Program-made: the position numbers and the translations under genes | DNA from: Octopus sinensis | Lineage: Eukaryota | Reading direction: 5' to 3' | DNA length: 64,000 nucleotides | Assembly (NCBI RefSeq): GCF_006345805.1 | Contig: NC_043007.1 | Location: 1,612,001-1,676,000, forward strand | Notes under the pieces: model-generated | Seen by the model: the letters and a program-made list of their open reading frames with translations, nothing else | The model's database searches: none | Told to the model about the DNA's origin: nothing | In this document: piece by piece, positions 23,480 through 35,745 of the stretch | Layout: the number at the start of each line of letters is the position of its first letter | Position numbering within the stretch: the stretch's first letter is position 1

Positions 23480-23790
23480 AAGATATTTCTGGATGCATGC
23501 ATGCACATACTCACACACACACACACACACACAAGCATGTGCACGCATGCAGCATGCATACACTTTCACACAAACATATATACAGCCACATACATTCATG
23601 CACAAAAATACATGTACACACATTCACACACACACAACCACTCACACACAAGCATGCACACACACAAGCACGCACACACACACAACATACATGCACTTTC
23701 ACACAAACATATGTACAGCCACATACACTCATGCACAAAAATACATGTACACACACACACACACACACACATGCATACACATTCAGAAAA
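23480..23790. repeat. CA-rich tract with an approximately 131-bp tandem duplication
   Basis: cactttcacacaaacatat.tacagccacatac..tcatgcacaaaaatacatgtacac occurs twice. Confidence 0.85.
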
Positions 23791-23837
23791 TTAAAATTTA
23801 TCTTATATAGTGGCGTTTTCAAACTTCTTTTTTATAA

Positions 23838-23904
<67 letters not shown>

Positions 23905-24916
23905 CACATGCATACCATCATATGTATGTGTGTGTGTGTGTATTATTTTATGCCAATGCCCACATGTATAAATTATATGTAAACGCACACTCTCACAGAC
24001 TTATTACATTCACACTTGCATAAATATACTTGTATCTATGACTATTTTTCACCATAACAAACCTGCACCGTGTTAGTTTGAGTGATGCTTTTGCAGAGGT
24101 AATTGATTGGAGGATGTGCTTCTAACATAACCATTCATCTGCCTCAGTGATTTTCAAAAACTTTTTTTCTTCAATAAACAGTAAAATATTAAATGCAGTT
24201 GCATTCGTTACAAACAATCCTGCTGATTTGAAAAGAATGAAATGTATTAATAAATAATTACACTTCTCAGTATAAACCGTTATTTCCGTTTGAGGTGGTT
24301 CACCATATTTGTTTTCATTATTTCCCCTTCTATAGAAGAACATAACAAATTTCTAATCATAAGGTCAACTAAAAGATACAGTGCCACGGTTACTTTCACT
24401 TTCATGCTGTTGTTTTGATTTGCCAGTCTTCAGATAAAAGCTGAAATGGTATACACCCACATCTTCAGGAACATACAATAGTACAAAACTTTGAAGTTTC
24501 AAAACAATTCTCTAGATATTCTTGATAAGCTCTGCTGCCTTCATATTTTTCATATCAGAATAGAAAGCAAAACAAAGCAATGGGCCTGGAGTGATTCTTC
24601 GTTACAAAGAAATCATAAAAAATGCAAATACATGTAAAGCTTAAGATGAAGGATCAATCAATATATTATTATTTTATAATTTTCATCGTCTTCATTAGTT
24701 GCATTCTGTGTATTTATGTTTTGATATTGGGCCGTGTGAAAAGTCAACAGGAATACAGACAGCTTTTCTTGAAAAAAAACCCAAACTATTGATCTATTAC
24801 TAACAAAGGCATTGTCAGGTTCTTGACTACAAAACCATGAATGAACAATGTTTCTTTGAAATCCTCAAACGTGTTGCTAGAATTATATTCACAGTGTTCT
24901 TGTTGTTGCTGTTATT

Positions 24917-25112
24917 GAGGTAGCAAGCTGAACAAAATGTTTATTGGCATTTCTTCCGGCCTTGTATTCTGAGCTCAAATTCCTCCAAAGTCAACTTTGG
25001 TTTTCGTCCGTCTGGGGTCGATAAAATAAGTACCAGTTGAACACTGGTATCATTGTCATCAACAACACCATCCTGCCCAAATTTTGGGCCTTATGCCAAT
25101 AGTAGCAATTAT
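24917..25112 (+). mobile_element. SINE family N (degenerate)
   Basis: ctgagctcaaattcc...ggggtcgataaaataagtaccag. Confidence 0.6.
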
Positions 25113-25154
25113 TATTATTATTATTATTATAATTATAATAATTATTATTATTAT

Positions 25155-25709
25155 TGAGTGAGAGAGCAGTTCATGCCATCAAAGTGACACTGGGGTAAAA
25201 TATACAAAGCCCAGTATACCCATCATGACTACCTGTCTGATAAAGGTACATCAGGCACATGCATCACAACCATATGTGCGCGACATGGTGATCTCATATC
25301 AAGATAAACAGCACATGACCTTGCAGGTGGGGCCCAGTTAAAATTTTCTTCTGGTCGAGTAGCCCATCCTGCTTAAAAGGTCCCTGAATATGGGTCGTTT
25401 AAGGATGTTGAAAGAACCACCCATGTTTCCAGAGGTGAATCATTCAAACCCCAAAGAATCCCTCTCAACACATGGCTATGATGCTCCCCCACTACTTCTG
25501 CTCGTGATCAGAGATGCACATATCGTCAGCCACTAAGGGACATGCTCAACTGGTTAAAGGCAAACAACTGACAAGCAAATCTGTGGTATTGAGCAGAATA
25601 TTTGCTGTAGCCCATCTTTTATACCAAGATAAAACAACGTACACGATAACACTTCCAACCAGTTAAGATCAGCAACCATGAGAGCCACTGTTTGGTACTG
25701 CATCAGGGC
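25155..25709. mobile_element. Unclassified ~555-bp interspersed repeat flanked by (ATT)n on both sides
   Basis: Second partial copy on the opposite strand at 61097-61351; no TIR, tRNA head or recognisable ORF. Confidence 0.8.
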
Positions 25710-25732
25710 ATTTATCATTATTATTATTATTA

Positions 25733-25950
25733 AGGTAGCAAGCTGGGAGAATTGTTAGCACGCTGTACAAAATGCTTTGTGGTATTTTGTCCACCCATAA
25801 ATTTTGAGTTCAAATTCTGCCATAGTTGACTCTGCCTTTTGTCCTTTTGGGGGTCATTGAAACAGGTCTCAGTTGAGTACTGAGGTCAGTGTTATCAATT
25901 TGCCCCACCCACCACAATTGCAGGCCTTGTGTCTGTAGGTGAAAGGATTA
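25733..25950 (+). mobile_element. SINE family N (degenerate)
   Basis: aggtagcaagctgggagaattgttagcac...gagttcaaattctgcc. Confidence 0.6.
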
Positions 25951-26899
25951 TTATTATTATGACTGAAACACGAGTAAAAATATAGCTGCTTCTGCTGCTG
26001 CTGCTGTTGTTGTTGTTGTTGTTCACTGGAAGATTTTAACACAAATTCATTTTGTTGTTGTTGTTGTTGCAGTTGTTGACATGGAAGTTTACAATACAGT
26101 TTCATTGTGCAATGTGTAGACACCAGTGAAAATCATTTTCTTTTGCACAATATGCTGTGGGAAAGAATACAATCAACTCTTTTACCAGTGCCCTAAATCC
26201 TATTCTATCATGCAGTGAGTTTGCAAGTGTCCATCTTCCCCCCCCCCCCGTAATCGGAAGTACACAAAGCCACCGATTATTGATTGGATTATGGTGTAAA
26301 TACAACCACATTTCTTTTTGTTCTCTTCTGGTTTTTATTTCTCAGGGGGGAAAAGAAAAAAAAAAAACCGAAAGAAAATTTGAAAATCATACATCCTGAA
26401 TTGATTTTGGTAGAACGGAAAAATAGGGTCCGTGTCATCTCCCCTTAGCACTTAAGCTAGCAAAGTAATTTTTGGTTCAGCTGTGTTGTGATATATCTAA
26501 AAATGCATGTGTGTGTCCTTGCATGTGTGTGTGTGTGTGTGTGTGTGTGTGGCAGGTGATATTGGGTTTAGAAAAGAATTTATGTTTATTGACTTTGCAT
26601 ATCTGAGCCTTTCTTTTAAACAAAATATTGGATTCTTGTAAGAAAGAAAAAATATGTAGGTAGTTTGGCAAAACTTCTCGAAACTAGTAAGTTTATATTT
26701 GATGTGTACAGCAATTGTAATTCCATTACAGAATGACAGATAAGAAAAACTTTATTAGACCTGGTATTAACCAAAAAGTTAATGGAAGAAAACAAAATTA
26801 TACGCATGCTCATATGCACATATAGATATGCACACATACATACATATACACTATCGTATATATCTATCTATCTTTATATATATATATATACAGAAATGA

Positions 26900-26941
<42 letters not shown>

Positions 26942-27353
26942 TATTTCATTTCTGTTTACTGAACTATTGAACTGTATTTTTTATCGCAGAACTGAATTAG
27001 TCAGGAAACCATCTTGAAAAAAAAAGATAGATACGTGGGATCAATTTAAAATATATTTGGATGCTAATATCAGAAAGAAATGTAAATGTGAATGTATCTA
27101 CATTTCTGTTGCTTTTCATTTTCACTACAATTTATGTTTTTTTTTCCTCTTGTATGATTTGTTAAAACTCCCAGAATAATACTTTTTGAATGCAGTGTAG
27201 CTACCATCCAAGAGCCAAATTTTGAGGCGAAAGCAAAAAAAATGTTTTGTAATTGTTGAAAAAACAGAAAGGAGTTCCAATCTTCAGTAGTTTTTTTGGT
27301 ATTAAAGAAGGGATTCTTTGCTGTCAGCAGTGTGTTACATCCACTTTTCCAAG

Positions 27354-27767
27354 CTGATGCCAGTGCCGCCTTGACTGGCTTCTGTGCTGGTGGCACGTAA
27401 AAAGCAGCAACTGATCGTGGCCACTGCCAGCCTACCCTGGCACCTGTGTCGGTGGCACCTAAAAAGCGCCATCCGTATGTGGCCGATGCCAGTGCTGCCT
27501 TGACTGGCTTCCATGCCGGTGGCACGTAAAAAGTACCAACTGATCGTGGCCACTGCCAGCTTCCCTTGGCACCTGTGTCGGTGGCTCATAAAAAGCACCC
27601 ACTACAGTCACGGAGTGGTTGGCGTTAGGAAGGGTATCTGGCTGTGGAAACACTGCCAGACCAGACTGGAGCCTGGTACAGCCTCCTGGCTTCCCAGACC
27701 CCGGTCGAACCGTCCAACCCATGCTAGCACGGAAAACGGACCTTAAACGGTGATGATGATGATGATG
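27354..27767 (+). mobile_element. RTE-like LINE 3' end with several internal tandem units
   Basis: Repeated gtggcacgtaaaaag...caactgatcgtggccactgccagc units, then the common UTR and (GAT)n. Confidence 0.75.
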
Positions 27768-29009
27768 TAAACTGGCTGATTTTTCTGAGTGACTGTTTTG
27801 TGCCAGATGCCATTTTCATTCACCAAATTCCTTGACCCTCTCCTATGTAATATTGGCCACTCAAGAAAGAATTGGATAAATTAAGACAACCCTTTTGAAT
27901 ATGTCTTACTGCGTGTAGGCATTCAACATATCTATTCCAAAGCCTGGTTTCAGACAGGATAGAATGGAGGGTAAAGCAAGAAAATACCAGCCAATCAATG
28001 AAAAAGACTGAACAAAACCAATGGCGCCAAATCATTTTTGTCATTATATTTGATAGATCGGGTGAAAGACTGTAGCAGTGCATAACAAACTGGGTGACTT
28101 TGAAGTGAAATGTACTTGTTCTGTATGGAAAGAAAATTCTGCGGATGAAAAAATATATTATTTCAAAAGTCTTATATAATGAAGTTTAATATAACAACAC
28201 TGTTTAATTAGATACATGATAGATGCCAAAGAATTTTTATTTCATTTCTGTTCTTCCTCTTCCTTCTCTTTCTCTCTCTCTGATTCCTTCCCTCTCTCTC
28301 TCTCTCTCTCTCTCTCATTCCTTCTCTCTCTCTCTCTCATTCCTTCTCTTTCTCCCCCCTCCCTCTCTCTCTTTCTCTGGAATTTGTTACTTTTATGAGT
28401 TTTATTTTATACAATCAGTAGGTGGTGATAATTGCTTTACATCTATATCGATTTCGTTTTTTTTTTTTTTCTAAACTTCAAAGCAATTATAAACGTAAAT
28501 AAAAAAAATAATACAAAACTTTATAGATTACAAAAAAAATTCTGTATACAAATATAAAAGCGAATTAGGTATATTTCATAGTGAAACAATCATGTATTCA
28601 ATTTGTTAATTCCATTTGATTGCTGCTTTTACCGATGTGTGTGCACCTACGTTTCTCTAGTTTTCCCTAACAAAATCAAAATTTCTCTGCACTTAAGCTA
28701 ATCACTGGCTTTGTTGATTATCCTGGGTGTGGGGGAAACTTTTTATTGTTTTTCCATTTTACCGTATCTTATTATTTTCTCTCTCTCTTTCTCTCTTTAT
28801 TTTTTTTTCTCAAACAATTTGAAACTTGTATTTCTAAAATAATTGTTAAGCTAATAGTTTATTGAGAACTAAAACCATTCTCACACTCCTCACCGTTTTA
28901 TGGTGCCGCCTTCCAATATAAGTGCTGCCGTTCACCTGTTTTAATAATCCACATGAAAGGGTCTTTAAAAAAAAATCTATCAAATTTTCTCTGTATTTCT
29001 TTCAGATCA

Positions 29010-29450
29010 TACCTCTCTCTCCTCTCTTTTTCGCTCTCCTCTCTCTCCCATTCTTCTCTCTCACTCACTCATTTCTCTCTTCTTTCCCTCACACTCCTCC
29101 CTCTCCTCTCTCCTCTCTGATGCTCCTCTCTCTTTCGTTCTCTTCTCTCTCCCACTCTCCTCTCACTCTCTCCCCCACTCTCCTCTCACTCCCTCTCCCA
29201 CTACTCTCACACTCTTCTCTCTCCTCTCTCTCATGCTCCTCTCTCACTCTCCTCTCTTGCCCACTCTTCTCTCTCTTTCTCTCTTCTCTCTCCCCCACTC
29301 TCCTCTTCCTCTCTTCTCTCTCTCTCCCACTCTTCCCTGCTCTCCCCTTCCTCTCTTCTTTCTCCCACTCTCCTCTCTCCCTCTCCCTTCTCTCCCACTC
29401 TCTTCTCTCCCCCCTCTCTCTCACTCTCCTGTCTCCCTCACATATCCATA
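29010..29450. repeat. Polypyrimidine (CT-rich) tract
   Basis: Directly visible; a smaller one at 28250-28380. Confidence 0.9.
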
Positions 29451-29573
29451 TCAGTTATTTCGTTTGACTCCTGGTTATTTTTCACACAATCTCCGTTTCC
29501 TAAAACTATAAAAAAGGATTTCTGTTTTTCGCATGTATTTTAATTTGTATTTATGAAAACCATCAACTGATAG

Positions 29574-29812
29574 CTGAAACATCTGAGAGATCTACATGGA
29601 GCAGGGGTAGATGTTTTCAAGAAACAATCCAACTCCCTGCTGTTCAAGGGCCCTGACAAACCTACATCATGGCAAGAAACTCAAAAAAGGGCAGTAACGT
29701 TGAACTCCTTCCTTCAACAAATGTCAATCACAAAAGAATGGCCATTAAAAAGCGCTAACCATTAATGGTGACCCTGCATGGCCACAACTTTTGGGCTGAA
29801 ATGCATAAAAAC
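29574..29812 (+). mobile_element. CR1/L2-like LINE 3' fragment
   Basis: LKHLRDLHGAGVDVFKKQSNSLLFKGPDKPTSWQETQKRAVTLNSFLQQM...* then tggtgaccctgcatggccacaac...gctgaaat tail. Confidence 0.65.
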
Positions 29813-30556
29813 ATGAAATTTCCTTACCGATCCCTACTGACTTAAAAAAGGGAGAGTATATTGGTTTGTGTATTCCTACAGACATTATGCCGAAACAAAG
29901 CAAATGGTAATTGTCAGGGCTGGAATGCCTTTGTAATACATCTGTTTAGTCACTTCTTTCTACTTTAGGCACAGCCCCTGAAATATTAGTGAAGGGGATT
30001 AGTTATTGCCATTGATCCCAGTACTTGATGAGTATTTTATTTTATTGACCCCCTAAGGATAAAAGGCATAATTGACCTGAGCGAGGTTTGAACTCAGGAT
30101 GCAATGGTTCAGATGAAATGCTATTGAGCAATTTTCCTGTCATTCTAAGAGTTTCTGCACGGGAAAAGATGAAAGGGAAAAAATAATACACTGAAGGTCA
30201 AAGAGAATGCCACAGTTTTGGCTGAGAAAAAATATATAATTTCATATAAATGCCACAGGTAATAAAGTAATTAAATAATATTTTACTCTGCTAATTAATT
30301 GATAATACATGTCTTGTATACAATGGTAGCACAATTTGTTTAATAGTAGTACATACATCTGGAAAAAAATGGAAAAGAAAATATCTTTGTAATGTATGTG
30401 AGAAAATGAAATTGCCAAGAAAAAATGTCAGATTTGATGCAGAGGAATAAATATAATTTGTGTTAGTCCTTCTAGGAGATTCTTTAACTCTTGGCATCCT
30501 GTTCAAAATCATCTAAGTCCCAAATATAGTTCTGTAATGATTTCATTACAGAACAG

Positions 30557-30749
30557 GCCCGAAATTTTTGGGGAGGTGGGGCAGTCGATTAGATCAACTC
30601 CAGTACGCAACTGGTACTTAATTTATTGATCTCCGAAAGGATGAAAGGCAAAGTTGACCTTTGCGTAATTTGAACTCAGAACATAAACACAGATGAAATG
30701 CCGCTAAGCATTTTGCCTGGTGTGCTAACCATTCTGCCAGCTCGCCATC
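30557..30749 (-). mobile_element. SINE family N with 11-bp TSD
   Basis: TSD ttacagaacag at 30546 and 30750; an older copy at about 29962-30150. Confidence 0.85.
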
Positions 30750-31154
30750 TTACAGAACAGAAATGAATGATGGAGGAAAGGGTTAAAGTTTTATTCTGCT
30801 GACTTTTCTATTCACCAGTTGAACAGTTGAAGTTGTTGTGGCCATGATCATTGCATCTTGTATGTCTTTTCTTCTTTCTGGCATAGTGTTTCTAGGACTA
30901 TACTATCACTGAGTTCTTTTCCAAGATAGTAGGAACTTGAAGGAAATTGAGCTGCTCTTTTTAGCAGATTGAGTGACACATAGAGACTCACTTATTAAAG
31001 TCTGCAAAATATATTTCATTCAAGATGATCCATGTCAAGATTTGAATACAAATGGCCACGAACTTTCTTTTCTGGTTGTTTATCCACTCTTAATCTCCAT
31101 GACATCTGCTCATTCAGATGTCCTTCACATTGAAATTGTTATGAAGAAGAACTG

Positions 31155-31475
31155 AAGGCGGCAAGTTAGCAGAATCATTAGCACACTGGGCGAAATGCTT
31201 AGCGGTATTTCGTCTGCCGTTACGTTCTGAGTTCAAATTCTGCCAAGGTCGACTTTGCCTTTCATCCTTTCGGGGTTGATTAAATAAGTACCAGTTATGC
31301 ACTGGGATCAATGTAATCGACTTAATCTGTTTATCTGTCTTTTACGGTGTTTTTTACGTGCCACCAGCACGGAGGCCAGATAGCCGCTCTGGCAACGATC
31401 ACGCTCAGATGGTGCTCTTAATACCCTACTAGTACGGGGCTCGAGTGCCAGTAAGGCGACGCTGGTAACGATGTT
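31155..31475. mobile_element. SINE family N (+, 31155-31342) fused to an RTE-UTR fragment (-, 31343-31475)
   Basis: Both families' motifs are present. Confidence 0.7.
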
Positions 31476-32395
31476 GCAGTAAATTTTGATGTAATGTTGA
31501 TTTTCAAAATGGAACCATTCCGTTCTAATTATATCCTCTCCAGAACTATTAAAAAGAACCATAAACGACATGGCTTTGTATTTTAACTCTGAAGCAAATC
31601 ACAAGCATTGTACCTTTGTAAAAAATGAAAGACAAACACAACCCCTGTTGCTATTATCTCTTCTCGTTATTTCATATTGTCTATAATAATTCTCATTTAT
31701 CCATTGGAAAGTGAAAATCAGTCTGACTACAAAAAAATAATTATTATTGATGTTGACCGAGCGGTGACGGAGAGGTGGGTTCGTTTATTCAATCAACTGC
31801 AGAACATTACAAGTACTTAATTTTATGGAGCTCAGTGTAATGAAAAGCCAGTCAACCCCACTGAGGTATGAGCAGAATGGAGAAAGCGATTAAAACACAA
31901 AAAGCCCCATAGATTGTCAGGATTCACTTCAGTCAATAAGCCTTTTTTTTTTATCCCAAATTTGTTTCAGCCGTTATTTTGTTTTTCCATTATTCCATTC
32001 TAAAACATTCAGCTAATTGTTTTGAGAATCTCCAAAGTTCTGCTTTGTTTATTTTCGTTTTGAAATTTGTTTATTTTGGCACTTCTTACCCAGTCTTTAG
32101 ACTAACTACTAGCTCCATCTGCTTGTGGTGGTGGTGGTGGGCCCAATGAAATACTGTGCTGTCTTTTAAGATATTTATTCTAAATTAAATGGCAATGTGC
32201 TCCGGTTTTATTTTTGCAGATCAATTCGAGTAAAAAGATATTTTGTATCAGGAAAGCCTTGAGCTATTTACATTATCCTTATCCTTTCTTCCTTCCTTCT
32301 TTTCTTCCTTCCTTCCTACCATCCTTCCTTCCTACCATCCTTCCTTCCTTTGCACTCTTTCTACAAAACACTGGAATACTTAACTACTGTCTTTA

Positions 32396-32533
32396 TTATT
32401 TTTCTCTGAACCTTCTTCTTCTTCTTCTTCTTCTTCTTCTTCTTCTTCTTCTTCTTCTTCTTCTTCTTCTTCTTCTTCCATTTCTTCTTCTTCCACTTCT
32501 TCTTATTCTTCCACTTCTTCTTCTTCTTCTTCC

Positions 32534-32564
<31 letters not shown>

Positions 32565-32667
32565 CTCCTTCTTCTTCCACTTCTTCTTCTTCTTCTCCTT
32601 CTTCTTCCACTTCTTTTCTTCTTCTTCTTCTTCTTCTTCTTCTTCTTCCACTTCTTCTTCTTCTTCC

Positions 32668-32698
<31 letters not shown>

Positions 32699-32811
32699 CT
32701 TCTTCTTCCACTTCTTCTTCTTCTTCTTCTTCTTCCATTCTTCTTCTTCTTCTTCTTCTTTCTTCTTCTTCCACTTCTTCTTCTTCTTCTTCCACTTCTT
32801 CTTCTTCTTCC

Positions 32812-32842
<31 letters not shown>

Positions 32843-32847
32843 CTTCC

Positions 32848-32878
<31 letters not shown>

Positions 32879-32917
32879 CTTCTTCTTCTTCTTCTTCTTC
32901 TTCTTCTTCTTCTTCAC
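32396..32917. repeat. ~520-bp (CTT)n/(GAA)n array with CCA interruptions
   Basis: Directly visible. Confidence 0.95.
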
Positions 32918-33104
32918 TGATGCTTATTTTATCAGCCCCTGGAGGATGGAAGGTAAAGCTGACGTTTGTGGGATTTGAACTTGGAATGTAAAGAGCTGGA
33001 ATAAATGGTGCCAATTATTTTTGTCAACTCTCCTACAATCTACCATCTCATTCCTCTAATGATGATGATGATGATGATGATGGTAACAGTACTAATGATA
33101 ATCC

Positions 33105-33300
33105 TTTGTGCTGTAGGCACAATACCGCAAATTTGGTGGGAGGAGGCCGTTCAGTTTACATAGTTCCTGGTGCTTGACTGGTTCTTAATTCATTGAGTTT
33201 GAAAGGATGAAAATCAATGTTGATTTCGGCTGAGTTTGAACCCAGAACGTTAAGCTGTACGAAATGTCAGTGAGCATTTTGTCTGGTGTACGAATGATTC
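33105..33300 (-). mobile_element. SINE family N (degenerate); another remnant at 32919-33040
   Basis: gaaaggatgaaaatcaatgttgatttcggctgagtttgaacccagaacg. Confidence 0.55.
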
Positions 33301-33318
33301 TTTTCTACTCTAGGCACA

Positions 33319-33712
33319 AGACACGACAAGGTGGCCCCAAACCTCCACTAGCTACTATGTCATAAGTATGGATATGAGGTTATGGGTGCTTGGTACCAAC
33401 ATACACCAGAAAAGGTAATGAATCATCATCATCATCATCATCGTTTAACGTCTGCTTTCCATGCTAGCATGGGTTGGATGATTTGACTGTCTGGCAAACC
33501 AGATGGCTGCACCAGGCTCCAATCTTGATCTGGCAGAGTTTCTACAGCTGGATGTCCTTCCTAACGCCAACCACTCCGAGAGTGTAGTGGGTGCTTTTAT
33601 ATGCCATCGGCATGAGGGCCAGTTACGTGGTCCTGGCAAAGCAAAAATCCTCTGGGACTATTGATTTCCAGACAGACAAGATGTTAGAGCACTGAAAGCT
33701 GAATATAGTAAC
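33319..33712 (+). pseudogene. R4/Dong LINE ORF fragment split by an RTE insertion
   Basis: RHDKVAPNLH*LLCHKYGYEVMGAWYQHTPEKVMN (33319-33423) resumes as GKAKILWDY/DFQTDKMLEH*KLNIV (33635-33712). Confidence 0.75.
33424..33637 (-). mobile_element. RTE-like LINE 3' end nested in the R4/Dong fragment
   Basis: (CAT)n tail at 33424; family UTR motifs. Confidence 0.8.
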
Positions 33713-34847
33713 TCTGCTCTCACACTCTTGTAAACATAATCCTTTGTCTCTATTCTCTCTTCTATATATCATCATTCACCTCAAAGCTATGCCATGACAC
33801 CTCATAACCACCATCATTAATCTCTCTTTCCAGCTAATCCCACTCATACATTTATGATTCAGTGTAACCATTTATTCCCTTTATATCAGGATGCCTGTTC
33901 CTGTCCTTCTTTCATAATTTTGCCTCTCAACATGTAGCATGAAGCCACCTCCCTCTCTACAACTCCCCATCTCTGTCAAGGAAGCCTTTTTTTGTCACAC
34001 AAGTTACATGGTAACCTCATGCAATGTGGTTGCTGTTAGGAAGGGCACCCAGCCATGGAAACCATGGTAATGCAGACACTGGAACTTTGCATAGTCCTCT
34101 GGCTTGTTAGATCCTGTTAAATCATCTTTTCCAACCTGTGCTAGAAGTAGCAATCAAATCTCCTTCCAATCTCATTTAATTGTCTCATCATATAATAAAA
34201 CGACGCAGTGGATAATGTAATCCTACGTATACATATCCCAGAAAAACACACGATCGCCATAACTGAAATGCTTCTGATCATGTATTTACTCAATCAGGGA
34301 TCACGACGACCTGGGGCTAAACACCAACAACAACTGTAGCAATCTTGTTAATACAGTTTATGAAAACGAGTAAAAGTTATGCTAATTAGCGTTTACTAGC
34401 GTGCTGAGACATCAAAACATTAGAACAGTAATATATACAATCATAATAGTAGATTGATATATGGATTTCTGTTTCAATACCAGGTTGGCTTCTTAATTTA
34501 CCTCAGGGTTTCTTTTTTTTTTTTTGCGAAAGCAATTTGGAGAGAAATTCATAGAAAGGCATGTTAGCTTTCAATACAAAGAAGGAATTATTTCATTTCG
34601 TCTAGTTGGAGTCCTTTTGATAATGGCGATAAGCTGATATGGAAGCAGAATGTAACGGGTATAATTCGGCATTAATAACAGACCCCTTAAGACATCTGAG
34701 AAGTGTTTTTCCTCTGTGTGTTTATACTGTGTAAACATAAAAGACTGACTGGGGCTTCTATCCAGCTTTGCCCCAAATATCTTTCCTTTGAAAAACCTTT
34801 CTTGTGTTTACCAGCTTAAAACAGCTGGAACATTAAAGATGATAATA

Positions 34848-34900
<53 letters not shown>

Positions 34901-34924
34901 GCAACAATAATAATTCTACTCCTT

Positions 34925-35405
34925 TCTATAAAGGCACAAGGCCTGAAATTTTGGGGAAGGGAACTAGTTGGTTACATCGACCCCAGTGTTTCACTGGTAC
35001 TTAATTCATGAGTGCCCCAAAAGGATGAATGGTAAAGTCAATCAGGGTGGAATTTGAACTCAAAACGTAAAGACGGTCGAAATGCCACTCAACATTTTGT
35101 CCAGCCTGCTGATGATTCTGCCAGCTCTCCACCTTGATGATGATGATGTTGATAATGATGATGACAATGATGATAGTGGTGGTGGTGGTGATGATGATTT
35201 GAAATTTTTTGGCACAAGGCCAGCAACTTTATGGAAGTGAGTAAGTCAAATACATCGACCCCAGTGATCAGCTGTTACTTTATCAACCCCCAAAAGGATG
35301 AAATGCTAAGTTGACCTTGGCAGAATTTCAACACAGAACATAAAGATCGACGAAATACTGTCAAGCATTTTGCCTGGCTTGCTAACGATTCAGGCTGTTT
35401 GCCAC
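34925..35405 (-). mobile_element. Two adjacent SINE family N copies (34925-35133, 35210-35405); another remnant at about 35775-35925
   Basis: catcgaccccagtg...aaaggatgaa...gaatttgaactca motifs. Confidence 0.7.
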
Positions 35406-35596
35406 CCTAGATGATAATTATAATGATAATAATAAGAAAAATAATATTAATAATGATAATGATAATGTTGATGATGATGATGATGATGATGGTCATTCCT
35501 ACAGATTTTGATATATGAGTATCCTGTGCTAGATTTGTTCGACTAAAACCCTTCAAGGCGGTGCTCCAGTATGGCCACAGTCAAATGACTGTGACT

Positions 35597-35629
35597 AATA
35601 ATAATAATAATAATAATAATAATGATAAC

Positions 35630-35676
<47 letters not shown>

Positions 35677-35695
35677 TAATGATAATAATAATAAC

Positions 35696-35744
<49 letters not shown>

Positions 35745-35745
35745 T
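35597..35745. repeat. (TAA)n microsatellite, preceded by a family M tail (35522-35597)
   Basis: Directly visible. Confidence 0.9.

Noticed and set aside
26448-28700. Exact 12-mer gcacttaagcta at 26448 and 28689 (NK-type site)
   Set aside because: Many chance 12-mer matches are expected in 64 kb; no flanking similarity.
32214-33014. Poly-Glu/Lys and poly-Leu/Phe ORFs (173-254 aa)
   Set aside because: Pure (CTT)n microsatellite, open in several frames by construction.
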